A program made the translations under genes and the position numbers. From Gammaproteobacteria bacterium (lineage in GTDB: Bacteria > Pseudomonadota > Gammaproteobacteria > UBA4575), in contig OZ242278.1 of NCBI GenBank assembly GCA_965207475.1, positions 74,748-138,747 on the forward strand: DNA of 64,000 nt, written 5' to 3'. Numbering within the stretch: the stretch's first letter is position 1; every line of letters begins with the position of its first letter. Under the pieces are notes generated by a model. The model saw only the letters and a list, made by a program, of their open reading frames with translations, was not told the DNA's origin and did not search any database. Positions 1-8,843 of the stretch are shown piece by piece.

Positions 1-1
1 T

Positions 2-724
2 ACTGCAATGACGGCAGATGCTCCGCTTGCCTGGATGCTGCGCAATGTTAAGCTTGACAAGTGGGTAAATGCAGATACGGAATGTGAGAGTGGTTGTGGA
101 ATCCTTCCATTTTCTTACCAAGAGGCTATCTACACGCACACACTGCAGTGGGCAATGGGTTTGGAATTGTTTTTGATGTCTAAAGACCCATGGAGAGTAT
201 TGATGTCCACTGACCATCCTAATGGGGGTTCATTTATGAACTATCCAAAGTTAATCAAATTATTGATGGACAGTGCTTATCGAAGAGAGGCATTAAGCCA
301 CCTGAATCAAAAAGCCATAAATAAAACAGTATTGAAGGACTTAGACCGTGAGTACACCCTGAATGAGATTGCAATCATTACACGCGCGGGACCTGCAAGA
401 GCGTTGGGTTTGGCAAACAAGGGCCATCTAGGAGTGGGGGCAGATGCTGACATCACGATATACACAGAAGAAGAAGACAGGGAGCAGATGTTTAATGCGC
501 CCCGTTACGTGATTAAAGACGGTATAACTGTAATCAAGGATCATGAATTTGCGACTGATCACAGAGGTAAAATTCTGCATTCCAAACCAGGCTACAATGA
601 AGACATCGCAGGTGAAATAGAACCATTTTTTGAAGATTATTATTCAGTCAAGTTCAGCAACTATGCTGTCAGTGATGACTATCTGCATCTTCATGAGGAA
701 ATTCCTACGCATCCAAAATCATGA
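2..724 (+). CDS. fhcA: Formyltransferase/hydrolase complex subunit A (formylmethanofuran dehydrogenase subunit A homologue), C-terminal part; 5' end lies outside the window
   Basis: The reading frame runs in from the left edge. It has an amidohydrolase-type 'STDHPNGGSF' motif and sits directly upstream of fhcD/fhcC. Its stop overlaps the fhcD start (ATGA at 721-724). Confidence 0.85.
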   Translation, partial: TAMTADAPLAWMLRNVKLDKWVNADTECESGCGILPFSYQEAIYTHTLQWAMGLELFLMSKDPWRVLMSTDHPNGGSFMNYPKLIKLLMDSAYRREALSHLNQKAINKTVLKDLDREYTLNEIAIITRAGPARALGLANKGHLGVGADADITIYTEEEDREQMFNAPRYVIKDGITVIKDHEFATDHRGKILHSKPGYNEDIAGEIEPFFEDYYSVKFSNYAVSDDYLHLHEEIPTHPKS

Positions 725-1620
725 AGATTGGAAAAACAGAAATCGCTGATACATTTGCTGAAGCTTTTGAAATGTGGGGTGCTCGTATCATTATTACAGC
801 TGACAGCAAGCAGTGGGCGCGCGCCGCAGCCGCTTCGATGACAGGATTTGCAACTTCTGTCATTCGCTGCAAGCTCGAAGCTGCAGTTGAATGTGAAATT
901 CGCAAAGAAGATACACCTGACAACCGCCCAGGAGTCAGTGTGCTGCTGTTCACAATGAGTGGGAAAACAATTGCAGGTCAGTTAATTGACCGGATAGGAC
1001 AATGCGTGATGACATGTCCGACGACTGCGGCATATAACGGGATCGAGTCAGATAAAACAGTTTCAGTTGGTGGGAAATTACGTTTCTTTGGTGACGGGTA
1101 CCAGATCAGCAAGGTTTTATGCGGCCGAAGGATCTGGCGTATCCCCATTATGGAAGGTGAGTTCCTGATCGAGGATACATTTGGAATTCAGCCAGCTGTA
1201 GGTGGTGGAAATTTGATAATTCTTGGCACTAGCAAATACTCAGCATTACAAGCTGCAACTGCTGCAAGCAGTGCCATGCGGGAGGTTGCTGGTGTATTCC
1301 TGCCATTTCCTCAAGGAGTAGTGGGTTCAGGGAGTAAGATAGGTTCACGATACAAGGCCATGATAGCTTCAACGAATGATCTGTATTGTCCAACCCTGCG
1401 TTCGATTGCCAATAATGGCGTTCTGCCTGACAATGTGGAGGCCGTTTATGAGATTGTTGTGGACGGACTGAATGAAGAAGCTGTGAAAGAGGCCATGCGT
1501 CGAGGCATGCACGCTGCTGCAAGAAAAGGAATTATAATGATCACTGCTGGAAATTACGGTGGAAAATTAGGGAAATATAAATTCAGCTTGCATGAAATTC
1601 TAAATGGAACAGTTAGTTAA
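721..1620 (+). CDS. fhcD: Formylmethanofuran:tetrahydromethanopterin N-formyltransferase
   Basis: 299 aa. The N-terminus MKIGKTEIADTFAEAFEMWGARIIITA is typical of Ftr/FhcD. ATGA start/stop coupling with fhcA. Confidence 0.9.
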   Translation: MKIGKTEIADTFAEAFEMWGARIIITADSKQWARAAAASMTGFATSVIRCKLEAAVECEIRKEDTPDNRPGVSVLLFTMSGKTIAGQLIDRIGQCVMTCPTTAAYNGIESDKTVSVGGKLRFFGDGYQISKVLCGRRIWRIPIMEGEFLIEDTFGIQPAVGGGNLIILGTSKYSALQAATAASSAMREVAGVFLPFPQGVVGSGSKIGSRYKAMIASTNDLYCPTLRSIANNGVLPDNVEAVYEIVVDGLNEEAVKEAMRRGMHAAARKGIIMITAGNYGGKLGKYKFSLHEILNGTVS

Positions 1621-1641
1621 AACAATTTTTTCAATTGATTT

Positions 1642-2457
1642 ATGACAACACTTCTGAGTTTGCATTCCCAGCCGGATGTTCCATTAGAGGCTGACACAAT
1701 CAGTCCTGACGCAATTACAGGATTGTCTGAGTTAGGCATTGAACATTTGCAGGTTTTACATGGGAATATCAAGGCGAGGGTTGGCGACTTTTTTAAAGTG
1801 ACTGGGAAGGGTGTCTCCGACATCTGTTTAGAAGGCGATTTGAGCAAAGTAAAGATGATCGGAGCCAGCATGTCAGTCGGGAGTATTACGGTTGAAGGCA
1901 ATGTTGGCATGCATGTTGGCATAGGCATGTCAGGGGGCCAGATACTGGTCAAGGGCGACGCATCAGACTGGGTAGGTCCTGAGATGACGGGTGGACGCAT
2001 AATTGTCAAGGGAAATGCTGGGCACATGGTAGGCAGCGCATTCCGCGGACAGGCTGTTGGAATTACAGGTGGAGAAATCTTCATTCATGGTGATGCAAAG
2101 AATGAGATAGGCAATTCCATGCGACGCGGGCTGATTGTAATCGGTGGTGATGCGGGAGATTTTACAGGAGTAAACATGCGCGCAGGTACAATCATCGTTA
2201 TGGGCAAGATGGGTATTCGTACAGGCGCTGGAATGATACGCGGAACAGTCGCTTGTTTCGAGGATGCACCAATGTTGCCTAGTTTTGAATATTCGTGTAA
2301 ATATCAGCCTTTATTCTTGCGCCTTTACCTGATAAGGCTGCAGAAAAATGGGTTCGGAAACAAAATAGAGGACAGACACCTGAACGGCAAATACAGACGC
2401 TTCAGCGGAGACGGGATTGAACTTAATCGTGGTGAGATCTTGCTTTACTTGCGGTAA
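1642..2457 (+). CDS. fhcC: Formyltransferase/hydrolase complex subunit C (FwdC-like)
   Basis: 271 aa with repeated Gly-rich beta-helix motifs (GGRIIVKGNAGHMVG, GGEIFIHGDA, LIVIGGDAGD), as in FwdC/GltB C-terminal domains. Follows fhcD. Confidence 0.85.
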   Translation: MTTLLSLHSQPDVPLEADTISPDAITGLSELGIEHLQVLHGNIKARVGDFFKVTGKGVSDICLEGDLSKVKMIGASMSVGSITVEGNVGMHVGIGMSGGQILVKGDASDWVGPEMTGGRIIVKGNAGHMVGSAFRGQAVGITGGEIFIHGDAKNEIGNSMRRGLIVIGGDAGDFTGVNMRAGTIIVMGKMGIRTGAGMIRGTVACFEDAPMLPSFEYSCKYQPLFLRLYLIRLQKNGFGNKIEDRHLNGKYRRFSGDGIELNRGEILLYLR

Positions 2458-2531
2458 TCAAATACTCATTATGTAAGCTTTCGCCTTGGCAAGTCTGTTT
2501 TATCCCCGTTCATAGAATAGGAGACAGTTGC

Positions 2532-2837
2532 ATGACTACGGTTGTAACAGAAAATTGTAAAGGATGCAGATTCACAGACTGTGTAGCAGTGTGCCCTGTT
2601 GCATGCTTTCACTATGATGATGAAATGCTTTATATAGATCCGGATGTCTGTATTGATTGCAGTGCCTGTATTCCGGAGTGTCCAGTAGAGGCAATATTTG
2701 AGGAGGACGATTTGCCGGAAGGCCTCGAAAATTGGGTAGAAATCAATGCGGAAAAAGCTCCTGATCTGCCTTTGATTGAAGAACCTATGGAACCACTCCC
2801 TGAAGCGGAAGATCGAAAGGCTGATCTGGGCTTTTGA
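2532..2837 (+). CDS. fdxA: 7Fe-type (Azotobacter FdxA-like) ferredoxin
   Basis: 101 aa. Cys patterns CKGCRFTDCVAVCP and CIDCSACIPECP. AGGAG lies about 8 nt upstream of the ATG. Confidence 0.85.
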   Translation: MTTVVTENCKGCRFTDCVAVCPVACFHYDDEMLYIDPDVCIDCSACIPECPVEAIFEEDDLPEGLENWVEINAEKAPDLPLIEEPMEPLPEAEDRKADLGF

Positions 2838-2928
2838 GGTATTGGTCAATGTTTTGCAGTTTTGACAGGTACAGTTTCTTTGCCTTCAAGCTAATACATG
2901 CATTAGCTGAGTCGGTTTAGGATTTTTT

Positions 2929-4311
2929 ATGAGTAAGTCAGGGGGCAGTTCAGTACCGCTGAGTGTCGCAATTGTAGGTAGTGGCCCAAGCGGGTTTTAT
3001 TCTACGGAAGCGTTGATCAAGTCAGGTATCAATGTAGAGATAGATTTGATTGATCGTCTCCCCGCACCGTATGGTTTGGTACGAAGTGGAGTAGCACCTG
3101 ATCATCCAAAGCTCAAGCAGGCAATCGAGGTATATAAGAAAATTGCTCAAAGTAATGAGTTCAATTTTGTAGGGAATGTGACAGTTGGCCGAGATATCGA
3201 AGCAGAAGAACTGCAACGGACGCATCATGCGGTTATTTATACATGTGGCGCTGAAACTGACCGCAAGCTGGGTATACCGGGTGAGGAGTTAGCTGGCAGT
3301 CATACTGCCACCGAGTTTGTAGGCTGGTATAACGGTCATCCTGACTATCGGAACCTGAACTTTGACTTGTCTCATGAAACTGCAGTAGTTATCGGGCAGG
3401 GTAATGTAGCAGCAGATGTGGCCAGGATATTGGCAAAGTCTGTTGATGAACTGAAACATACTGATATTGCACAACACGCGCTTGACGCACTTGCCAGCAG
3501 CCAGGTGAGAAAGATCTATGTAGTGGGCCGACGAGGTCCGGCGCAGGCAAAGTTCACTTCTAAGGAACTTAAGGAATTTTTGGAAATTGAAAACTGCCGC
3601 CCTTATATTGATCCAGTTGAACTTGAGTTGAACTCGACAAGCTTGCAGGAGCTTGATGCAAAAGAAGGCAGAGGAAATAAAAGGAATATTGAAATATTTC
3701 GAAAGTTTGCAGAATCCGAGGATACGGGCAAGCAACGAACCTGTATTTCTACTTTCCTGAAAAGTCCGATTCGCTTGCAGGGTGTGGACCGGCTGCAAAA
3801 AGTTGTATTTGAGGAAAATGACCTGTCAGGTGAGCTCTTCAAGCAGTCTGCAAAGGGAACAGGTAGAACCATGGAATTAGAGTGTGGGCTTCTATTTCGC
3901 AGTATCGGCTACAATGGCGTCCCCGTTCCAGGCGTGCCATTTAACGATAGGTGGGGCACCATTCCAAACCGGGCAGGGAGAATTACTTCTGAGCAGGAGG
4001 GTGCTGTGTTACCCGGTTTGTATACTGCCGGCTGGATCAAGCGTGGCCCCTCTGGAATTATTGGCACCAATCGAGCTTGTGCGGTGGAGTCAGTGAATGC
4101 TTTGCTTGAAGATGTAGACCAGCTTGTTGCGGAAGACAAACCCGGCCGTAATGGCCTGTATGCCATACTCGAACGTAATGGCGTACAGCACATTAATTTT
4201 GCACAGTGGGAAAAAATCGATGCAGCAGAAATTGCTGCAGGAAGTCCAAAGGGCAAACCTCGCGAAAAATTTACCTATTATAATGAGATGCTAGCTGCTG
4301 CCAAAGGCTGA
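2929..4311 (+). CDS. Adrenodoxin-reductase/FprA-type NADPH:ferredoxin reductase
   Basis: 460 aa. N-terminal FAD fold VAIVGSGPSGFY and a second dinucleotide fold VVIGQGNVAADVAR. Overall length and layout match FprA-type reductases. Confidence 0.75.
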   Translation: MSKSGGSSVPLSVAIVGSGPSGFYSTEALIKSGINVEIDLIDRLPAPYGLVRSGVAPDHPKLKQAIEVYKKIAQSNEFNFVGNVTVGRDIEAEELQRTHHAVIYTCGAETDRKLGIPGEELAGSHTATEFVGWYNGHPDYRNLNFDLSHETAVVIGQGNVAADVARILAKSVDELKHTDIAQHALDALASSQVRKIYVVGRRGPAQAKFTSKELKEFLEIENCRPYIDPVELELNSTSLQELDAKEGRGNKRNIEIFRKFAESEDTGKQRTCISTFLKSPIRLQGVDRLQKVVFEENDLSGELFKQSAKGTGRTMELECGLLFRSIGYNGVPVPGVPFNDRWGTIPNRAGRITSEQEGAVLPGLYTAGWIKRGPSGIIGTNRACAVESVNALLEDVDQLVAEDKPGRNGLYAILERNGVQHINFAQWEKIDAAEIAAGSPKGKPREKFTYYNEMLAAAKG

Positions 4312-4509
4312 GGCTAGTCAAAGAATTCTCACTTTCCAGTCTGAAAAACTAACAGGCATGAGCCAGGTGCTTTAAGGATGCTTTGGCACCTGATAGTGCA
4401 ATCCATGCAATACCGGATCAAGCGGTAATTTATTTCCCTGAGTGATAAAAATGGAATAGAGTGTACTACTATGATTTTTAGCTAGGCTTGAATAGGTCAA
4501 GGAGTTGAA

Positions 4510-4896
4510 ATGTTTAATCCACTTACCGTCCCATTTGGTTGTGTGATGCTGTACAACGTTGTCAAGCTGAAAGACCATGTATCAGAGGAGGATATACAAC
4601 TGGCATTGGGCGAGATGTGCAATGTGGTCAAGAACACATATGGCGATGACAAGGGCGGGTTTATCGGTGGGCAGGTATATAAGTTTGCTGGGTTTGTTTC
4701 AGATGAAGGCTCATTTGCTTCAAAGAACCAGACCGAGGATCACGTTGCGATTGTGACCTATTGGCAGTCTTTTGATCAGCATGAGCAGTCTCATGCAGAT
4801 GAAGTGTTCAGGGAGAAGTTTGAAGCCTTAAGCCAGTATGCAATTGAAACCTATGAAATCGGGTACCAGATGCTTTGGCAGGGAGAGCCAGATTAG
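4510..4896 (+). CDS. Small hypothetical protein, possibly ABM/dimeric alpha-beta-barrel fold
   Basis: 128-aa ORF (alternative start ATG 4546, MLYNVVKLKD). The 'VTYWQSFDQHEQSH' stretch resembles ABM-domain proteins. No stronger signature was found. Confidence 0.45.
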   Translation: MFNPLTVPFGCVMLYNVVKLKDHVSEEDIQLALGEMCNVVKNTYGDDKGGFIGGQVYKFAGFVSDEGSFASKNQTEDHVAIVTYWQSFDQHEQSHADEVFREKFEALSQYAIETYEIGYQMLWQGEPD

Positions 4897-4947
4897 CCGA
4901 CCAATTTCGTCCTGGTTGGCTATGGAAGTATACAGCTTGTTCTAGCT

Positions 4948-6327
4948 ATGAACATTTACCTCTACAACACTGCCACACGAAGAAAAGAGGAGTTTGTTCC
5001 TGCAGACCCAACGCGGGTGACAATGTATGTTTGTGGCCCTACCGTATACAGCTTTCCTCATATAGGCAATGCACGTCCAGCTGTCGTGTTTGACGTGCTT
5101 TACCGTTTGCTGATGCATGAATTTGAAGAAGTAGTCTACGTTCGTAACATTACAGATGTTGATGACAAGATTAATGCAGCAGCACAAAATGAGGGGGTCC
5201 CGATTGATCAGATTAGTACCCGATACACTGAGGTGTATCACCAGAATATGGCAGATCTTGGGGTACTGCCACCTTCAGCAGAGCCAAAAGTGACAGAGCA
5301 CATGCCTCAGATTATCGAGATGATCGAGCGCCTAGTTGCTTCCGGAAATGCATACCAGGCTGAAGGACACGTGTTGTTCCATGTCCCATCGTATACCGAT
5401 TACGGAACCTTGTCAGGCCGCAATATTAAGGACTTGATAGCAGGTGCACGTGTAGATGTTGCTCCCTATAAGGCTGATGAAACGGACTTTGTTTTATGGA
5501 AACCCTCCATAGAGGGGCAGCCAGCATGGGACAGTCCGTGGGGAGCCGGCAGACCAGGCTGGCATATTGAATGCTCAGCAATGATTGAAAAACACCTTGG
5601 AGATACGATTGATATCCACGGAGGCGGACAGGACCTCATTTTCCCGCATCATGAGAATGAAAGAGCTCAAAGTACGTGTGCACACCATGGAAAACTGTTT
5701 AGCCGTTTCTGGTTACACAATGGATTTGTTAACGTTAATCATGAAAAAATGTCGAAATCCATCGGCAATATCTTGTTGGTTCAGGACCTGCTTGGACAAG
5801 CTTCAGGAGAAGCCATACGATTTACACTTCTGGGCACACACTATCGAAGTCCCTTGGACTGGACAGATCAAGCTCTTGACCAATATTCCAGGAGCTTGGA
5901 AAGGCTGTACGAAGTGCTTCGGAAACTGCAAGATCTCAAGGTAGACGAGCAGGATGCAGAGGTCCCTACAGAGTTCATGCATGCATTGAAAGATGATTTG
6001 AACATACCGGCAGCAATTGCTGAATTGCACAGCTTGGCAAAAAAACTGAATTCGGCGTTCGGGAAAAGCACCCGGCAAGCTCTTAAGAGTCAATTGCTGG
6101 CAGCAGGGAAAATGCTTGGTCTGCTTCAGCAAGATCCCGTAGCGTGGTTTCAAGGGGTTGGTGAAATAAACGAAGCAGAGATTCTCGAATTGGTTAAGCT
6201 GAGGACTACTGCTAAAAAAGATAGGAATTTTCAGCAGGCGGATGAAATCAGGGATCAACTGGCGGTAATGGGGATTCAGGTTCAGGATCTACCTGACGGG
6301 ACATCTAGTTGGAGAAAAATCAAATAG
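4948..6327 (+). CDS. cysS: Cysteine--tRNA ligase
   Basis: 459 aa. Class I signatures PHIGNARP (HIGH-type) and KMSKS. Confidence 0.95.
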   Translation: MNIYLYNTATRRKEEFVPADPTRVTMYVCGPTVYSFPHIGNARPAVVFDVLYRLLMHEFEEVVYVRNITDVDDKINAAAQNEGVPIDQISTRYTEVYHQNMADLGVLPPSAEPKVTEHMPQIIEMIERLVASGNAYQAEGHVLFHVPSYTDYGTLSGRNIKDLIAGARVDVAPYKADETDFVLWKPSIEGQPAWDSPWGAGRPGWHIECSAMIEKHLGDTIDIHGGGQDLIFPHHENERAQSTCAHHGKLFSRFWLHNGFVNVNHEKMSKSIGNILLVQDLLGQASGEAIRFTLLGTHYRSPLDWTDQALDQYSRSLERLYEVLRKLQDLKVDEQDAEVPTEFMHALKDDLNIPAAIAELHSLAKKLNSAFGKSTRQALKSQLLAAGKMLGLLQQDPVAWFQGVGEINEAEILELVKLRTTAKKDRNFQQADEIRDQLAVMGIQVQDLPDGTSSWRKIK

Positions 6328-6768
6328 TTATATGCTAAATGTACCAGCAATTGTCATGAAAAGTACCAGATATTTGGGTGAGTCAGCTTGAGGGGAATGG
6401 TACCACCTGATCCGGAAGGAGGCGTTTCCAAGACCCGATATGCTGTAGTCTACGTTCCCAGACGCAGTCGAAATCGGTTCGCAGCTACCTGTGTGGAACT
6501 GAAAGAAAATGCTGAACATGCACAAGCTGCATCAGACCCTGGCAGCAAAAGATTCGCAGCAAAGGTGCTAGGTCCATCCAAGTCATCTGAAGGGCAAGTA
6601 ATTTACTACCTGCTGAAATGGTTATGATATGAGCTGCTGCATGTCATATAACCGGCTCAGCAGTGTTGTCTTTACCTGAAGTTAAGCCATGACAGTATAT
6701 GCTTAAAAGTAACTTGTGTACTTTCTTTCCGGAATTTCTGGAGGGCCTACCACTTTACAAAATGTGTT

Positions 6769-7815
6769 ATGACGCCAAGAAAAATTTCCAGGGTCAGAAT
6801 CACTGAATCTAATAAAATTATGTACATGAACAGCCCGCAGGTATATATCAAGGCACCAGCTCGCCTGCATCTAGGATTTCTGGATCTTGAGGGTAGCTTG
6901 GGAAGACGGTTTGGTAGCCTTGGGCTCACACTTGATGGGATTGCTACACGCATTGTTGCAAGGCGTGATAGTCATTTCAATGTGCTTGGCAAGCCTGATG
7001 AACGGGTGGTGAAACTAGCAGAAAGATTTTTTGAGATCAAAGGATTGCCCGGTGGCTGTGAAATTGAAGTGTTGGAGCAGATACCCGCCCATTCGGGGCT
7101 AGGTTCTGGAACTCAGCTTGCGCTTGCAGTAGGAACTGCGATTTCCAAGCTCTATTCACTTGGATTTCCCTGTGAGGATATTGCTGTTACCTTAGATCGA
7201 GGCAAAAGATCTGGAGTTGGAATCGGTGCATTTCAACAGGGTGGATTTCTGCTGGATGCAGGGAAAAATCAGAGCAATTTTATTCCGCCCATTGTATCGA
7301 GGATAGCATTCCCATCTAAATGGCGTGTGGTTCTCATCATGGATTCGGCTTCGCACGGCTTGTATGGAGATGATGAAAGCACTTCATTTTCTAGCTTACC
7401 TCCAGTCTCTTCTGATATAGCATCATACCTGTGCAGGTTGACTTTGATGCAAATTATGCCAGCAGTGTCAGAGCAGGATTTGGGTACATTCAGCAAAGGA
7501 ATTCATGACCTGCAGCGATGTATGAGTGATTTTTTCGCATCACAGCAAGGTGGACGTTATACTAGTCATGTGGTCGGAGATGCGATTGGTTACATAGAGT
7601 CGCTGGGAATTAAGGGTGTAGGGCAAAGCTCTTGGGGACCAATAGGATTTGCCTTTGTAGGCAGTGAGGAGCAGGCACTTGTACTGTTACGTGCCTTGCA
7701 GGAAGAGTTCAGGAAAAAGAAAGAATTACAATTCAAGATAGTTTCAGGGCGAAACACAGGAGCTGTGGTTCAGCAGCAAGGCACGGTATCTTTGCCTGCA
7801 GCAGCAAAATTCTGA
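6769..7815 (+). CDS. mptG: Beta-ribofuranosylaminobenzene 5'-phosphate (beta-RFAP) synthase, GHMP-kinase fold
   Basis: Motifs 'APARLHLGFLDLEGSLGRRFGSLG' and 'IPAHSGLGSGTQLALAVG'. The true start may be ATG 6820 or 6826 (MNSPQVYIKAP...). Confidence 0.8.
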   Translation: MTPRKISRVRITESNKIMYMNSPQVYIKAPARLHLGFLDLEGSLGRRFGSLGLTLDGIATRIVARRDSHFNVLGKPDERVVKLAERFFEIKGLPGGCEIEVLEQIPAHSGLGSGTQLALAVGTAISKLYSLGFPCEDIAVTLDRGKRSGVGIGAFQQGGFLLDAGKNQSNFIPPIVSRIAFPSKWRVVLIMDSASHGLYGDDESTSFSSLPPVSSDIASYLCRLTLMQIMPAVSEQDLGTFSKGIHDLQRCMSDFFASQQGGRYTSHVVGDAIGYIESLGIKGVGQSSWGPIGFAFVGSEEQALVLLRALQEEFRKKKELQFKIVSGRNTGAVVQQQGTVSLPAAAKF

Positions 7816-7892
7816 AAATTCAATACATGCGGGAACACACAGCTAATCGTGCAGGGTGATTAATTAATACAGAATAATTGCGAGAGGGAATA

Positions 7893-8795
7893 ATGGAAAA
7901 GCCACAAATTTTGCACATGATTACCCCGGCTAAGAATCTAAGCCCATTTGATGTGAATATGGCTCTAGATGCAGGGTGGGGTCATGCAGTGGGCTACACT
8001 TATGTTGAAAAAGAGGAGGTGCAAGGTCTGATCCAGGATGCAATTTTTTCTCGAGGGCCCGCTGGCGCGAAGCGAACCGGAGTGTTTTTAGGCGGGCGGG
8101 ATATGCATGTCGCAATGGAAATGTTGCAGATTTGCAAGGAATCAATGGTGCCACCTTTTGAAGCCTCCTGTTTCGCTGATCCCAGCGGTGCATTCACAAC
8201 TGCTGCAGGAATGGTGGCTTGTGTCGAGCATGCCCTTGAAGAAAAATTCAGTACGAGCCTCCAAGGGAAACAGGTTGTGATAATGGGAGGTACAGGTCCA
8301 GTGGGTTCTACGGCTGCTGTTTTGGCAGCCAATGCCGGGGCAATTGTATACATTCTTGGTCGAAACAAAGAAAAGTCTGAGAAAGTTGCTGCTTTGTGTA
8401 ATCGGGAGTATGGCCAGGGAACCACAGAAATTCGCGGGGAAGCGAACGAAGTGATACATGAATTAATGCAAAATACAGACGTAGTACTTGCCGCAGGTGC
8501 TGCTGGGGTGCAGCTTGTTTCTGCAAAAAATATTGAAAGTTCAAGTGAGCTGAAGGTTGCTGCAGATGTTAATGCTGTACCACCTTCAGGTGTTGCAGGA
8601 CTTGACGTGATGGGAAACTGTAAACCTATAGAAGGTTCAGGCAGTGGTGCAGTCGGTATTGGTGCACTGGTTATTGGTAATGTGAAATACCAGACGCAGC
8701 ATAGGTTATTGCAAAAAATGTGTGGTGCAGAAAAGCCGACATATCTGCACTTTGAGCATGCCTTCGAAACAGCAAGGGAGATTGCCCGGGAGTAG
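7893..8795 (+). CDS. mtdB: NAD(P)-dependent methylene-tetrahydromethanopterin dehydrogenase
   Basis: N-terminus MEKPQILHMITPAKNLSPFDVNMALDAGW and dinucleotide fold VVIMGGTGPVGS. GAGGGA lies upstream of ATG 7893; the ORF track starts at TTG 7878. Confidence 0.85.
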   Translation: MEKPQILHMITPAKNLSPFDVNMALDAGWGHAVGYTYVEKEEVQGLIQDAIFSRGPAGAKRTGVFLGGRDMHVAMEMLQICKESMVPPFEASCFADPSGAFTTAAGMVACVEHALEEKFSTSLQGKQVVIMGGTGPVGSTAAVLAANAGAIVYILGRNKEKSEKVAALCNREYGQGTTEIRGEANEVIHELMQNTDVVLAAGAAGVQLVSAKNIESSSELKVAADVNAVPPSGVAGLDVMGNCKPIEGSGSGAVGIGALVIGNVKYQTQHRLLQKMCGAEKPTYLHFEHAFETAREIARE

Positions 8796-8843
8796 AAGAT
8801 TTTTCTGGTTGTAGCCATCTCTGGCCGCGCTATTGCTGAATCC

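Noticed and set aside
2888-2907. A 7-bp hairpin (AGCTAAT-ACATGC-ATTAGCT) after the ferredoxin gene, considered as a terminator.
   Set aside because: The stem is AT-rich and short with no following T-tract, and the reductase gene starts 22 nt later. It is more likely part of an intra-operon spacer.
6390-6460. Cobalamin-riboswitch-like fragments (GGGAA..GGT..ATCC..CCCG..CTGTA).
   Set aside because: Spacing does not fit the consensus. No B12-box or GCCACTG element follows, and the downstream gene has no cobalamin connection.
6391-6470. Resemblance to SRP (4.5S) RNA domain IV: CCTGATCC-GGAA-GGAGGCG.
   Set aside because: Only the GGAA-capped stem is similar. The conserved AGCA/GGAAGCAGCC 3' side is absent, and the flanking arms cannot form the long symmetric helix of 4.5S RNA.
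6388-6627. A 79-aa plus-strand ORF (and a 65-aa minus-strand ORF at 6328-6525) in the cysS-mptG gap.
   Set aside because: No RBS, an Arg/Ser/Pro-rich composition unlike the neighbouring genes, and no family resemblance. Treated as non-coding (see the finding on the gap).
6645-6695. An RNase P RNA 3'-end-like string (ATAACCGGCTCAGCAG versus the ACAGAAnCCGGCTTA consensus).
   Set aside because: The universally conserved GAGGAAAGTCCGGGC and GGTAAGAGC regions are absent from the preceding 300 nt.
8793-8795. The in-frame TAG between mtdB and the ATP-grasp ORF as a read-through or recoded (pyrrolysine-type) codon producing a fusion protein.
   Set aside because: There are no Pyl machinery genes or recoding signals, the two proteins are separate in known islands, and an SD-like GGGAG is positioned for re-initiation at ATT 8799.
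8000-8818. A 272-aa ORF antisense to mtdB.
   Set aside because: It lies wholly within a confidently identified gene and has a low-complexity Ser/Ala/Pro-rich translation with no recognisable motifs. This is a typical antisense open frame.
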